Shown here one piece after another: positions 13,884 through 28,277 of a stretch of DNA of 64,000 bases. The stretch is from the NCBI GenBank assembly GCA_951406725.2, contig OX597821.1:40114001-40178000 (forward strand). The letters run 5' to 3'. The notes beneath the pieces are model-generated. The model did no database searches. It worked only from the letters and a program-made list of their open reading frames with translations, and had not been told where the DNA came from. Position numbers and translations under genes: made by a program. The stretch comes from Octopus vulgaris (Eukaryota). Positions within the stretch are counted from its first letter, which is position 1. The number at the start of each line of letters is the position of its first letter.

Positions 13884-14221
13884 TCTTTTACTCTTTTACT
13901 TGTTTCAGTCATGTGACTGTGGCCATGCTGGAGCACCCCCTTTGGTCGAGCAAATCGACCCCAGGACTTATTCTTTGTAAGCCTAGTACCTATTCTATCA
14001 GTCTCTTTTGCCAAACCACAAAGTTACAGGGACATAAACACACCAGCATGCATACATACATACATGCATACATGCATACATGCATGCATGCATGCATGCA
14101 TACATACATACATACATACATACATACATACATACATACAACAGGTTTCTTTCAGATTCCGTCTACCAAATCCATTCACAAGTATTTGGTTGGCCCGAGG
14201 CTATAGTAGAAGACACTTGCT
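13884..14221 (-). mobile_element. SINE family B
   Basis: ctcttttacttgtttcagtcat..gccatgctggagcac..tttctttcagattccgtctaccaaatcc..gaagacacttgc. Confidence 0.88.
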
Positions 14222-14404
14222 CAATTGTCAGCAATTTAGTAAATAAATGTACAGACACAGAAAGAAAGCACTTGAAGAATTAGATACGATCATAATGTCT
14301 CAGTTTAAAATATTGTCCATATAATGTATGTGTGTGTATATACACACAAACACACACACACATATGTATATATATACATACATGTATATGCATATATAAG
14401 TATA

Positions 14405-14518
14405 CTGTAGTACCTTGGTTTTTGAGCGCCTCTGATCACAAACAAATTGTGCTTCATATATCTATATATATATATATTTGTTCATGATCAGAGGTGTTTG
14501 AAAACCAAGGTACTATTG
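14405..14518. mobile_element. Tigger/pogo-like MITE, ~114 bp, TA-flanked
   Basis: TA|ctgtagtaccttggtttttgagcgcctctgatca ... tgatcagaggtgtttgaaaaccaaggtactattg|TA, about 40-bp imperfect TIRs. Confidence 0.75.
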
Positions 14519-14702
14519 TATACACACACACACACACACACACATATACATACGTAGAAAAAACTAATATGGAAAATAGAATATGATGGAAATTTTATTT
14601 ATCACAAAGGTCATATGTATATATGTGCATACATACATTTAGAAGTCTTCTTTCAAATCTATTTACAGGGCTTTGATCAGTCCTACAATATTTTAGAAAA
14701 TG

Positions 14703-14747
<45 letters not shown>

Positions 14748-14803
14748 TATATACATATATACATATATATATATATACACATATATTTATATACATATAT
14801 ACA

Positions 14804-14834
<31 letters not shown>

Positions 14835-14868
14835 GGCCACTGCAAATATATACACATATATATACATA

Positions 14869-14916
<48 letters not shown>

Positions 14917-15421
14917 AACACACATATTTGATTAGTGAGAGAGAAGGAAGATAGAAGATACGAGAATCTTTATTGATCACATCTGTCATTGATCCCTTGT
15001 GGGTGGGATGCTGAACATCTGGTTTAGGTGTATCCCTCAGCGTAGATGTGTCTCCTCAGATGATTTCAAAAGGTAATAATCATTTAAATAAACTCTGTTT
15101 CGCAAGACGTCTTCTTGTAATAGTGATAGTGATGATGATGATGATGATGATGACTCGTTCATTAGCTTACTTGGTTATTTTTCAAAATGTCCGAACATCA
15201 ATCTTGAAACTTTTAAAAGCAGCCACAGAATTGAATTATTAGAGCATTCTCATCCAATCTGTCTAAAGACATGTCAAAATATGTGAAGACATTCCAGAAG
15301 TTGAGGTTGTTCTTAACAGTTCTAATTGTTGTCCATTTCATGAGGAAGAACATTATCAAGTACTGACTGGTTTTTATCTTATTATGGGTTAGGGAAAGAA
15401 ATACTGGACATTACACACACA

Positions 15422-15480
<59 letters not shown>

Positions 15481-16309
15481 ACACAAACACACACACACAC
15501 ACACATACACACACACATACACAAACACACACATATTCACACATACATACACACACATTCACACATACATACACATATTCACTCACATACACATGTGTGT
15601 GCAAACACACATGCATTAACTCACACACGCACACTTCTGTTTACCCCATGCTGTGTGTTACAGTAAACTTAAGAAACCCTATATTCAATTCCCGCTCCCT
15701 TTAACACTCATTATGATTATTATTGTTATTCCTTTAGTTATCTATTTAGCCACAAAGTTTCGTTTATTTTGTGTCATGGCAAATTTACAAAATCTAATTG
15801 TTCAATTCTGTTTACTCTTGCTCTCTATCTCGAAAATCCCATTTCTTCATTTGTTTGTCTGTTACCCACTTTCTTATCCAAAAGTTCCACTGTTTCCTTG
15901 ATTGTACCCGCAATTCTCAAAAATTTCACCCCTCTTGCTCTCTCCCAGTTCGTTACCCACTTGCTTTGCCATGTTGATTGTTAATTAGTGGCTTTTGCTT
16001 TGTCTGGGTCTATGCTTCATTGGCTTCAGTTAGGGGATAGGGCAATTATAGTGTTTTGTTGCTCTGTAGGGCGCCCTCCCAACCCACCCCACCACCTCTA
16101 ATGGAAGCCTTTTCTCTCTAACTTCTACTGGATATCTTTCTCCTAAGCACCTATAACAGTTACCTGTACTGAACGCTTCCCCTCCATTCCTGTCTAGAAC
16201 TGGAAGTTCCTATGGGACCAACATGTTGAGGACTATTGACCAGATCTATGGCTAGTGCAAAGTCCCCACTTGATCCAAGGTGACTTGGTGATGCAACAAT
16301 GACAGTCAA

Positions 16310-16613
16310 TTAGGTGTGGCCAATGCCAGTGCTGCCTGACTGGTACCCATGCTGGGGGCATGTAAAAAGCACCATTTGAGTGCGGCGAATGCCAGTGCCA
16401 CCTGACTGGTTCTTGTGCCTGGGTCATGTAAAAAGCACCCACTACACTCTAGCAGTGGTTGGCATTAGGAAGGGCATCCAGCTTTAGAAACATTGCCAGA
16501 TCTGATTGGAGCCTGGTGCAGCCTCCTGGCCTGCTAGTTCTCAGTCAAACCGTCCAACCCATGCCAGCATGGAAAGCGGACATTAAATGACGATGATGAT
16601 GATTATGATGATG
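16310..16613 (+). mobile_element. Family C repeat with internal ~65-bp tandem unit
   Basis: aatgccagtg..tgactgg..catgtaaaaagcacc occurs twice, then ggaagggcatccagc..cccatgccagcatggaaagcggac and a (GAT)n tail. Confidence 0.85.
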
Positions 16614-17189
16614 ACACCCATACATGCATTTACACACACATACACTCACACACTACATATGCACACACAAACACAAGGTTACAATATTAGGCACACTCAC
16701 AAAGGTATATTCACACAAACACATTCACACGTTCACACACACACACACATTCTCACTTATTTTCATTTATGTATTATTGACAACTAATCAATAGGAAATA
16801 ATTGAAATTTACGACAATTTGAAATAATTTATTATTAGTTTAATTAATTTATTGCTTTCTCTTTTTTTGGTTTTCTTTCTTTTAGTCTTTATGGAATCTA
16901 GCACCATTTCTGCATTGCAAGAGTTAATTAATGGCTGCAGTTTTTATCAACATCTAAAATGGTAACATCAGAGAACAGACCCGCATTTGCATACAAGACT
17001 ATTGACAGAGTGAGTGTAGAATATGAGTAGAACAACCGGCTGACTGGGAGCATAACTTTATACATACAGAACAATTAGATGACAGGGTGTATAACTTGAT
17101 GTATATGGAATCACTAAGTGATGGTGTGTATAATACCATTTAAAAATAACTTTAATTTTCTTTTTGGCAAAAGAATTAAAAAGAAACTA

Positions 17190-17582
17190 ATGGATGTGTG
17201 GTATGTAGCTTGCGGAGAGCTGGCAGAAACGTTAGCACGCCGGGCAAAATGCTTAACGGTATTTCGCTTGTCGTTACGTTGTGAGATCAAATTCTGCCAA
17301 GGTTGATTTTGCCTTTCATCCTTTCGGGGTCGATAAATTAAGTACCAGTTACGCACTGGGATCGATGTAATCGACTTAATACCTATGTCTGTCCTTGTTT
17401 GTCCCCTCTATGTTTAGCCCCTTGTGGGTAATAAAGAAATAGGTATGTAGCTTGCTTACCAACCACATGGTTCTGGGTTCAGTCTCACTGCATGGCACGT
17501 TGGGCAAGTGTCTTCTACTGTAGCCTTGGGTTGACCAAAGCCTTGTGAGTGGATTTGGTGGATGGAAACTGAAAGAAGCTCG

Positions 17583-17614
<32 letters not shown>

Positions 17615-17850
17615 TATATGTGTGTGTGTGCGTTTGTGTGTCTGTGTTTGCCACCCCACCCCCCACCATTGCTTGACAACTGATGCTGGTGTGTTTACAT
17701 CCCTGTAACTTAGTGGTTTGGCAAAAAGAGACCAATAGAATAAGTACTAGGCTCACAAAGAATAAGTCCTGAGGTCGATTTGTTTGACTAAAAAGTGGTG
17801 CTCCAGCATGGCCGCAGTCAAATGCCTGAAACAAATAAAAGAACAAAAGA
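17190..17850 (+). mobile_element. SINE family B interrupted in its head by a family A insertion
   Basis: tggatgtgtggtatgtagcttgc | family A | ggtatgtagcttgcttaccaaccacatggttctgggttcagtc..gaaacaaataaaaga. Confidence 0.88.
17212..17441 (+). mobile_element. Full-length SINE family A (tRNA head; central domain resembles the Deu/Nin SINE domain)
   Basis: gagctggcagaaacgttagc (A-box-like), gagatcaaattc (B-box-like), gcctttcatcctttcggggtcgataaattaagtaccag; duplication ggtatgtagcttgc at 17200-17213 and 17442-17455. Confidence 0.9.
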
Positions 17851-17969
17851 ATTGCTGTTTATGTTATATACCTTTATATCCTTTGCCTTAACACTTTGAC
17901 AAATAGAGATTGAAAAAATATGTACAAGACCCATTAAAGTGCTTAAATCTAGTTAAAGAATAAACGAAT

Positions 17970-17999
17970 AGCAACAACAACAACAGCAGCAGCAGTAGC

Positions 18000-18064
<65 letters not shown>

Positions 18065-18095
18065 CAGTAGTAGCAGCAGCTGCTGCAATAGTAGT
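17970..18095. repeat. (CAA)/(CAG)/(TAG)n compound microsatellite
   Basis: Direct reading. Confidence 0.95.
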
Positions 18096-19058
18096 GTTCA
18101 AGTTTATGAAAATGGCAACGAGTTTGGATTCCATGAAGTCGGAATTTTACTGATTACATCATTGCTATGAAAATTGTTGTTACATATCTGCAGGAATTGG
18201 CTCTGAAAGAAGCAACGTTTGCCATCAGATGTTCTAATACAGACATTCGTCTGCATGCACAGACATGCAGACAGACGTATGCACTCCTGTATGAATACGT
18301 AATCTGAACAAGAAGACGAAGAAAGATTTTATCTCAGTGCTTGGCAGACACAACGCAAACGTGCACCTTCGATGCAACTCTGACAAAGTACCACTCCAAT
18401 GCTTAAACTACAAATTTTACTGAACTTTGGACCTGGAACTTTTGTGCAAATTGATGTTAAAAACAGAGTTGGTGGCAGACACATTTGACACTGGCCATTA
18501 AAGATGTGATAAACTCTTTGTCTTCTTATTCAGACTATCATGTTCTACTCTTTCACTGAATCCACACATTGATTTTACCAATGCAGCACCTGGATTATCG
18601 ACACCTGAAGGATTTAGGTCTTACCTAAGACTACAATTGTTGTTGTTGTTTAGCAACAAGATGGGTAAGGGTGATTAGGTGATGGTTTAGGGCTTAGGGG
18701 TGGGAGACCCCAGACCTTGGAAAAAAAAAACTTTGGTCATCTTGTTGTAGTCGAGGGCTCTTTGTTGACGCCTGACACCACTGGGTGGTGGCCCTCGAAG
18801 TTGCTGGAAATGGAGATCTCCAGGTCCAAATTCTTGAACGGCCAAGTCTACAACTGAAAAGTATAGATAGCCTCAAATTTGGATTGAGTGCTGCATTGAA
18901 AGTATGCTGTCTTTCTACCTTTCCAGGACATTAATCATTAATGCGTGTGTATGTATGGGTGTGTCTGTGTGTGTCTGCGTTATGTGTATCCGTGTGTGCA
19001 TGTGTGTGTTTGTATGTGTGTGCTTCTATGTGTTTGTTTATAAAAACACACACACACA

Positions 19059-19857
19059 CAATGTGCATTCCAGAAATTTTGAAACTGTTTCAGGAGTGAC
19101 TCTTATGAATGCCAAAGATGTACAAAACTCTAGGATCCTCTAACTTCAGTTCACTCATTGTATCAGCCATTTTTAGAAGGATCCATGGAAGCCCTCCAAA
19201 GTGAGGGTGCTCAGGAACCTTGTCACAGCCTCCTTCATCTTCTCCTTCAACTTGGAGGAACAACCAAAAGTCACAAGGGGCAAGGTCTTGACTGAAGGGA
19301 CAGTTTTAATGCCATTCTCTGTCCAGTAGTTGGTTATCGGGATGGAATTGCCCCAGTACACATGCTCTGACCTTTTGCGATGAAATCTCTTCTTGGACTC
19401 TCTCAAAACCCCGGCAAAGTACACTTTGTTGACCATCTGGGACCAGAGGGAGCGCAGGGAATGTCAATGATGCCCTTGCTGTTGGCAAAGAGGATCATTA
19501 TAAGCTTCCCAGTGGACTTGTGTTACCTGGCCCCTTTTGCCAGCTCATACAACTTAATCCATGACCAGTCTGGAGCAGTTCATTAGTTTCTGCAGTATTC
19601 TTGCCCAGTTTAACACAAAGCTTTATAGCATTAGTGAGCTCCCAAACATAGTATCTGCATTCTATAAGCTGTGACAAGCAGTGTTTGGTAGGGTATGCTT
19701 AAGGTGCTGGTACAGCCATCTCCTTCTGTCTGAAATAACAAAATTTGGCAGGTCAGCTTATTAGATGTATGTTAACGATAAACTAAAATTACAATAATCT
19801 AGAATAGTTATAACTGCTTCTACTAAAAAAGTCTGAAAACTTCTGGAATGCTCCTCG
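19059..19857 (-). mobile_element. Internally deleted mariner transposon, degenerate transposase
   Basis: Minus-strand VNKVYFAGVLRESKKRFHRKR..KLKEKMKEAVTRFLSTLTLEGFHGSF; right TIR gtctgaaaacttctggaatgctcctcg|ta with decayed left counterpart gcattccagaaattttgaaact. Confidence 0.85.
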
Positions 19858-22479
19858 TATATAAATATCAACATCATTATTGCTTTAATGTCCATTTTCC
19901 TACACTTGCATGGATCAGACACAACTTGTTAAGAGAGATGTTCTGTGTCTACATGTACTTTATGCAACCAACTCTCAATTGTTTCCTAGCATTGTAATAT
20001 TTTTACCATAACCAGACATACTTACACAGAATAGTGGAAATGAATTACGCTGTTGTATGATGGTAACATTCATTAAAAGACAAGGAAACACAAACACAAA
20101 CATACACATATGACAGGCTTCTTTCAGTTTCCATCTACTAGATCCATTCTTTAAACTTAGGTCATCCTGGAGCTACATCACAAAACGCTATATCATATCA
20201 TAGCTTCCACACAGTGGGACTGAACCCAAAACCAGGCTTGGTTGAACCAAATCCGTTTATCAAATAAAATGCCCTGTGTGTTTAGTTCCACTCAATTTAC
20301 ACTTCTTTCTACTAAAATCCTCTTTACTTTGCATCGTTTACAAGATCAGTAAACAAGAACCAGCCTAAAATGTTGGATTGGTATTATTGAGTGACCCAGT
20401 ATTAGAGCTGCCAAGTGCAGTGGCAGAGCCTGGAACTGAAACCTGGTACAAAGAAACTCTTGGCTGAAGATTCATGACTTTTGGCAGTTTTAGCAACTTT
20501 TCAAATTTTAATGCTGTGAAATTATGGCTGATTTCTTTTGTGAAATTTTCCATGGACAAAAGCTTTTAACAATCAAGAAAACAATTTTATGAAAGAAAAA
20601 AAAATGTAAACATATGTTTAATTAATTGGAAAATTTATTGAAATTTTAAGCACATTATCAACAATTACTTTAATGAGTTTACTAATGCAGAACTGAGAAT
20701 CCTCATTGCTAAACAAAACATGCTTTATGTGTCTTTATTTTTCAAAGGAAGATTTATTGTTTCATTTTTTTTCTATTTATTTGGTTATTTTGTTTTAGCC
20801 AAAAACTCCTGCAAGTTTGTTCCCCGTAACAAATCAGGTTCGGTCATTTAGTCTTTCTTGTGTCACTGTGCTCCTAAAGAAGCACTTAATGAGCTTTGGT
20901 TTGCTGAGAAATTTCTCTCCAATGCTGTCATAACATTTTTAGTGCAGCACAAATATTTGAGAAACAAATGTCTTCTAAGATGCACATTTTTATTGTTTTT
21001 AAAAGTAGACATAGTCTAATATTTTCATAAAAGTATTGTATTTTTTGTGGCACAGATTCTGAGTGTTTGTCTGGGAGTTTGTTCAATAGTATTATGCATG
21101 CAAGTCTCAGCTTCTCTGTTCTCATGCTTCCTACTGACAACAGAGAAGGACACTGTTTACTGTAGAGTCTAAGATGTAAATGAAGATGGTAGAATCATAT
21201 CTGGAATGGTTTTTCATCATAAGAGTCTGCTCAATCAAGACTAAGTTGGTGCACCATAACAACAACAATGGTAAGAAATAGAATAAAGTAAAAGTACAAA
21301 TGGATAGAAATAATTTGTGATTAAGAATTTTTTCTTTTCACTCATGTGTTTTCTGGTTCAATTCTACAGCACAGCACCCTAGGTAAATTTCTTCTACTTT
21401 AGCCCTGGGTCGACCAAATATAGATGTGTGTGTGTGTGTGTGAGTGTGTGCCTGTCTATCTGTCTGTCTGTGTGTTTTTGCTTGCTTTTCTCTGAATCTG
21501 AAAATGATGATAACAATTGTTTTGTTATAAATTTTCTAATCATCCCTGCCTACGTCATACAGCAACCAAAAATTGAGATAGGATTGTGAAGGTAATGGTA
21601 AAATGTATACATTATCTGGTATATCCAGAATTGTAATGAAAATGGAAGAATAAATTTTAGTAGTTACCACGTTTATTTTATGAAATATAGGGATTTGTGA
21701 AAAACTATAGAAAATGTATAACAAGATTTATTTTTCAAATATTGATATTGCTGCTATTTTTCATGTCCCACTTGGCAGCACGAAAACAATGAGTTCAGTC
21801 AGGAAAAGACTGTACAACAATTTGGTTCCAGTTGTGGAAGCAGCAATGACCCTATAGAATTAGTTGATTGTCCGAATTGTTCATAATATCAATGTACAAG
21901 TAGAACTACACAGTTTTATAGGTAATGGCTATATTTTACAATTTTATCAAGAGCAAAGCTAAAATTTTTATTTCATAAATAAAGAAATTTAAAACAATTT
22001 GTCGAAATAATTTCCTATTAAACTAATTAACCTCCAGTGAGCTAGACAAACGTTGGAAATGATATATCAAAAATGATATATCAAAAATGATATATTAAAG
22101 CAGCAAGATGAATGCCCAAGAGAAAAATCAGTTAACATATTTGATAAGTCAAAAGAGGAGGTGTTTGTCAGCTGCATTGTATTGAGTGATATATTCATTA
22201 TATATTTTTCATTGACAGCTTTTGGTAAGTTATCTATCTTTAGAGACAGACATTAATTCTTCACTTTAAAAATTATAGTGCATTTAAATATCTTGTTTTA
22301 AGTTAAATTTCAAATTGTATCCTATTGCAACGCGAGAATTTGGAACCTCCAGTTGGGAATTTTATCAATGTGAAATATCCTTAATCTGGGACATGTACTA
22401 GTGTCATATCTCAGTGCTTTAAGTGTTCCTTCATCTCACAGGTAATTAGTCCACAAGATCCCATACCTACAGCCAACAG

Positions 22480-23215
22480 AATCAATCATTTTGATTTTAT
22501 TTTCCCATTGAAATGAAGGACCTGAGTGCTGGAGCATTGTCCTAGTAAAACTAGACCCCTTTCATCAGATTTCCTGGGCATTTGGATTGGTTAGCCTTTC
22601 ATAACTGCCTCAGCAAGTTCGCATAGTACCTTCCATCGATAGTCAATAAACACAATGCCTTTTGCCTCCCAAAAAACTAAGGCCATCACCTTCCTTGCAG
22701 TTTGGAGCAGGTGCAGAGAGGTGTTTCCACTGCATGGATTGTCTTTTTGTTTTCAGCTCAAAGTGATGAAGCCAACACTCATCCTGGCTGAGGAAACATT
22801 TAAGGAAACCAGCTGGATCTGCCTGAAACAGTATCAGGTCTTACTGTAATGTTATCAGCCTGAAGTGCTTTTGATCAGGTGTCAGAAGATGTGGCACTCA
22901 CCAAGCAGAAACTTTTGTCATGCCGAGTTCATTGTGCAGAATGTTCTCAACTCTCTCATGAGATATCCTAATAGCATTGGCCATTTTATTTTTGCAGGTA
23001 CTTGATAACACACCATGATGTCAAAATTTGTCCACTTTCAAGAGAAGTCATTGCAAGCTACTTTTGAAGCCTTCTTTGAACAGTCAGATGTCAGTTTACC
23101 TGGAAAGAAATAGTGTAATTATTAATAGGAAGAATTGAAATTAATGGCTGCAAGATTTCACAGCTCTAGCATCCCTCCTTCATAGTCAGCCTATGAACTT
23201 TTTAGATGACCCTTA
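22480..23215 (-). mobile_element. Decayed mariner transposon fragment
   Basis: gctggagcattgtcc encodes DNAPA on the minus strand; TIR-like end cctatgaactttttagatgaccctta|ta; multiple stops. Confidence 0.75.
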
Positions 23216-24559
23216 TAGTTTGGGTTGTGCTTCTTGGTCACTTGATGCTTCCCTCTCTATCTCCACTCAACTCTACACATGAGCAACACATTACTTTACA
23301 ATTCTTGACCTTTCTTTATTGATCCCAATTCTCTGCAAATTTTTTCAACCATTTCCGTCATCTCTTCTTTCTTCGGTCAGTTTGATTCTTTCTTTATCAA
23401 AAGGTGATGTTATTATAACCTTCTTAATTGAATAATTAATTTAATACATTCTTTAAGAATGGGGATAAGTAGAACAATTCTAATGTACATTATTTACATT
23501 TGACAGATATTTGTCTTCATCTTGTTTGTTGTTAACTTTTAAGTGTGAAGAGTAGAAACATTTTTGTTTGGTTTTATACCCCCTTAAAGACTATCAGAAC
23601 TTGAGTCTAACAAAACACACTTAAATCTTATCCTTATAATACATAGATTCCATTGTGAGTATTAGTTTCAAACTGATAGAGTAGTAATTAAAAAATCCAT
23701 TGGAATAAACATACAATAAAAATTACTTGTGGATAGCAAATCTTAGACTTGAATCCATGCCACTAATCTTGAAACTGTCATCTTTACATGATTTATAAAT
23801 CAAAGCTTTTCTTAAAATTGTAATCTCATTTGTATGTTGTGTTTTGTTTTGTTTCTTTTTCTGGTTAGCTACTAATTAAATTGGGTTTAATGTATCTCAG
23901 TTAGATTACATTAATCTAAGGTTACAAATAGTGATAATACAACACTGATGTAGAATTAAAAGAAGTAATGGCAGTAATAGAAAATTGCAGTTAGTCTTAT
24001 ATACAAGAGACAAAACTAATTTCACAAATGCAGAAAGCATCCAAGACCAACAGATTAACTATAAATGGTAATCTTGGCTTTCGATGTTATGCAACTAAAC
24101 AATAAATATGTTTGAGATAAATCAGGTTACATGAAGGTTTAATACATTTTTTAAATACTCAAATAAATAAAAGCATGAATATATATACATTTATACAATA
24201 CACTGTTTATTGATCAAAATGTTACACAATCTGATATTTATATGAGGTTAAGAACTTGGTGACCTTGAATTAAAAATAATAAATAAAAGATAAGACACTT
24301 CTTTTGAACACAGAAATATTGAATATTCATAAAAAGATAGTGTAACATGCTGACATCTTATCATTTGCAGAGCATAAATGAAAGAAAAGTATTTTATACA
24401 AGTAATAGTAACAGTAATGTTTACAAGTTCTAGTGTGGAAAAAAAAACATGTAAACCATGGTATAAAAAAAAGAGATACAAAAGAAAAAAGCTGTGTTCT
24501 ATTATAATTTATTTTTCTATTTCTTGCACTTTGTCAGACTAGTAACCTTATCGTGTACA

Positions 24560-26330
24560 ACTGAAGACTTGAATCTGTGTTGGGCAGCTGCATTGAAGTT
24601 AACTGCCACCTGAAAATGTCACTTTTAAAAAATGTATTTTGTGCTGCTGAACCTCACTTATTTTATAAAATGTAATAAATCATAAAATCTCTAACAAAAC
24701 GTAACAGCTACCTTACATCTTTGTCATGGCAAAGCACAATTACATACAGAAGCCTCTTGGCCATCATTAACCCTTTAGCATTCAGATTACTCTGTCAAAT
24801 GTAATGCTTATTTATTCACGTTGTTTTCAGTTAATTGTGCTTGATCTTGTAGCTTCAAGATTTCAATGATGTGATTGTATATATTTAGAATGACATTGTT
24901 GGGTATGAGGAAGAGGCTGGATCTGTTTGGTTTGAACATAAGATAGACAGAATATTTGGGCGGCCAGATATGGTCAATTTAAATGCTGTGGGATTAAAGA
25001 GTTGGACATTGTGACAAAATGAGGTTTGTGCTGGGCTATAGTTTACATTTAAGTCTTCTGAAAGTAATTGCAAGATAAAAGAATATAAATGTGCATTTCT
25101 AAATTTGACAATTAGTTGAAACGATATGCTTTAAATAAAATTAAATCAAGAAAAATATGCTCCAATATAATGATTTTCCAATCAAATGTTGTATTACTTT
25201 CAAATGGCCTCAGGTTCACCACTTTTGAACTATTATCCCAGCAATGTAAAAATAACAATTTGATAAAAAAAAAGTCATGGTTTGTGATACGGGTATCTTT
25301 AGCATCTAAAATCACAGCAACATAAAATAACAACGGAATATAAAATCATTGTGTCATGACACTAGGATTATTTTCATATAAAACAGAAGTGGAGAACCTT
25401 TTTATGTTGGATGGCCACATTAAAGTTAACTGCCATTTGACTAAACTGCATTAAAAAAATATTTTATATTTCTATACCTCACTTATTTTATAAAATATAA
25501 TTAGTCATAAAAATTCTAACAAAATTTAGCTAAATTTTAACAGGTAGCCTAAATTTATAAAAGCAGCATTTTTATAATAGCAAAGTGTGTTTTAATTTAA
25601 AAGCGTCCACGGCCATCTTCTGAAGATAGTCGTGGTAACACAAATGGCAACAACTCAATGCATGTGTTTGGCTGCAGTTCACATTTACATTTTTTTAAAG
25701 TAATTACAAGTGTCAATAAAAAGTATAAAGGGTTATTTCTAAAATTCACATTTAGTTGCAGAAAAGGATTTGAATAAAATTAAATCAGTAAAAATATAAA
25801 ATGATATTCCTGCAAATATATTTCTTTCAAAAGCTACTGTTAATATTTTCAAAGGTTGCAAGTTCTTCACATTTGACCTCAAATCAGAGAAATGTGAAAA
25901 TACCAGCTTGATCTAAAATTTTGGTCTCATGGCGTCAATATTAATACAATGCTAAGCAATGTAAAAATAACAAATCAACCTGAAACCACAATCCCTAAGT
26001 ATTTTCAAATGTAGTAAATTGCATTTTCAGCACTTGGCATTTGGGTTATAGGCAGACTGGGTCACTAACCATTCAGCTCTTCACCTCTTTGGTGTCTTGT
26101 TATATCATTGGAGGCTAATGAAGACATGCATGGCTGTTCCTGTATCTCATCCTTGCAACTGTTTATGGTAATGCAGTATTTGGAGTTGCTTCTGTGATAA
26201 AGGCAAATATTAACTTTGTGTTTAGCTTTTAATACAAATCACAGCAATGTAAAAATGACAATTTAATGCAAAATCACAGTATTATAACACTAAAATCAAT
26301 GAAATATGATGTACTGTAAAAACAGAAAAT
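24560..26330. repeat. Old diverged tandem duplication (two ~0.6-0.9 kb units)
   Basis: aagttaactgcca..cctcacttattttataaaat..tcataaaa..ctaacaaaa at ~24596 and ~25422; aagtaatt..atttctaaa..ataaaattaaatca at ~25062 and ~25698. Confidence 0.65.
24767..24997. mobile_element. TTAA-flanked piggyBac-like MITE
   Basis: ttaa|ccctttagcatt ... aatgctgtggga|ttaa; second copy at 13621-13851. Confidence 0.7.
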
Positions 26331-28014
26331 TGATATTAAAAAAATTACAAGCCCCCTGTACAGTAAAAGTGGAGTCTATTGTTCTATAGAAGCTATATTC
26401 CATACCTATTTTATTTATATATATTTGGGTGAAAACTCATTTGGTAACTGACATAAAAGTCTACTCTATCCCATCCTTTTATACTTGTACTTTTCCTATG
26501 AAAAATAATTCTGAAAGCTAACATAGCACTTAACTACCTGGCTTTTCAGAAACCACAAAAATCGTTTGTTTATAGCATGTTTTCAAGTAGTGTAAGTATA
26601 TCTATAAGACATAAAAACACTTGCTCATATTTAAACTTAGTACTGTAAACAAGTGAAGTATTTATCAAAGATATAATGCTCATTCATATTCCTTACAGTA
26701 GTAACATCTAATTGCCCATTGTATCTGTTTATAGGTAGCTGTACTGGGTCGTTTGAGCACTGAATATGCACACAACCCTGTAGTACAATATGGTATTAAC
26801 CATAAAACTATTCAGCTGACTGATCAATTTTCCATAGTTTGATATATTTATAAATTTTCTATACTTTAAAAGCATTCCATTATTCTATGTCTGATTACAA
26901 TGTTACACTGATTATTGTATGGTTTCTCCATTTTCTACCTGTTTATTTAACAACCATCTCTTTAAAATCACTCAAATGGTAGTTCTTTCGTCGAATGGCC
27001 AGAAGCAATCTAAATGGATACAAATTTCTACAAGCCATAGCTGTTTATCTAAATTTGTCTAAAATTAATCTCCCTTAGAATAACATATTTTTAATTGATA
27101 TAAAAACTAATTAATTTCTGCTTACAAATGCTTTATATAGTCAGTGTGAAAGCTACTTTTCTTTAATATTTTCTTTACTAGAATCAAAAATGATTTATCT
27201 AAGAAAAAGTTTATAAAAAATTAATTTGTTTCACTTTGCATAATTTAAAAGAAATCTTTATCATTGCAATTTTCACCCTTTATTCGATTTTCTTTTTATT
27301 GCCATTAAATTAATTTGTTCTCAATTTAGTATCTTTGTTCATGAATGAATTTTTAGTGTTGTTTCCTAACTATAAATTTTTATGTAATTTTAGTCTGGTG
27401 TTTCTGTTCAATCACTATTTCAGTTAATAATGTTGCATGGACTAAAGTACATTCTGTATACTTAGCTTTGTTGACGAACAGTTTTACCAGATGGAAATTA
27501 TATTTATTCGACATGTTCTGAGATTTATTGAAGATAAGAAGGAACTAAATGTGTCAGTTACAGCTACTTCCTTCTCTTTCATCATATATATATTATAGTT
27601 CTGATCTAGAAGCATTTATTTCTCTTTTTGTGTCTGATGTTTCTCTGAGATGATATGAAACAACCATGTGTTAGTTTAACCACCGTGTTACTTTAAGCGT
27701 ATCCTCTCACATACATGAGGCATTAATACATGCCTAAGTTATTTATAAAATGCTCAACTGCAATCAGCTTTTACATAGATGAAACTTTGTTATTGTAGTG
27801 ATGGGTCGCTTTAGTAATAATTACCTGAGGTAGAGATGCTGAGCAAATCTGAAATAAAATAAAAGCTGATAGAATATTTAAGATCAGAAAACGGGGATAT
27901 GCAGATGCAAGGTATCTGGTGTGCTAGTCAAGGATTGAAATTTATCATTTTGACTTAAATTTTAGCCCTAATACAGGAGAATCTCTCTCTCTCTCTCTCA
28001 AATTTGAACTAGCG

Positions 28015-28277
28015 TCACCTGACTGGCATCCGTGTCGGTAACACGTAAAAGCACCAACCAATCATGGCTACTTGCCAGCTTGCACTGGCTCCTGTGCCGT
28101 TGGCACATAACAAACACCCACTACACTCACGGAAGGGCATCCAGCTATAGAAACACTACCAAATCAGACTGGAGCCTGGTGCAATCTCCGTGGCTTACCA
28201 GACCCCAGTCAAACCGTCCAACCCATGCTAGCATGGAAAACGGACGTTAAATGATGATGATGATGATGATGATGATG
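28015..28277 (+). mobile_element. Family C repeat
   Basis: tgactggc..cacgtaaaagcacc..ggaagggcatccagctatagaaac..cccatgctagcatggaaaacggacgttaaa (tga)n. Confidence 0.88.

Noticed and set aside
18190-18306. Possible exon after ctgcag (ELALKEATFAIRCSNTDIRL..)
   Set aside because: Weak polypyrimidine tract, no recognisable homology and no partner exons.
20365-20559. 64-aa ORF in unique-looking DNA
   Set aside because: Length expected by chance; no motif or convincing splice sites.
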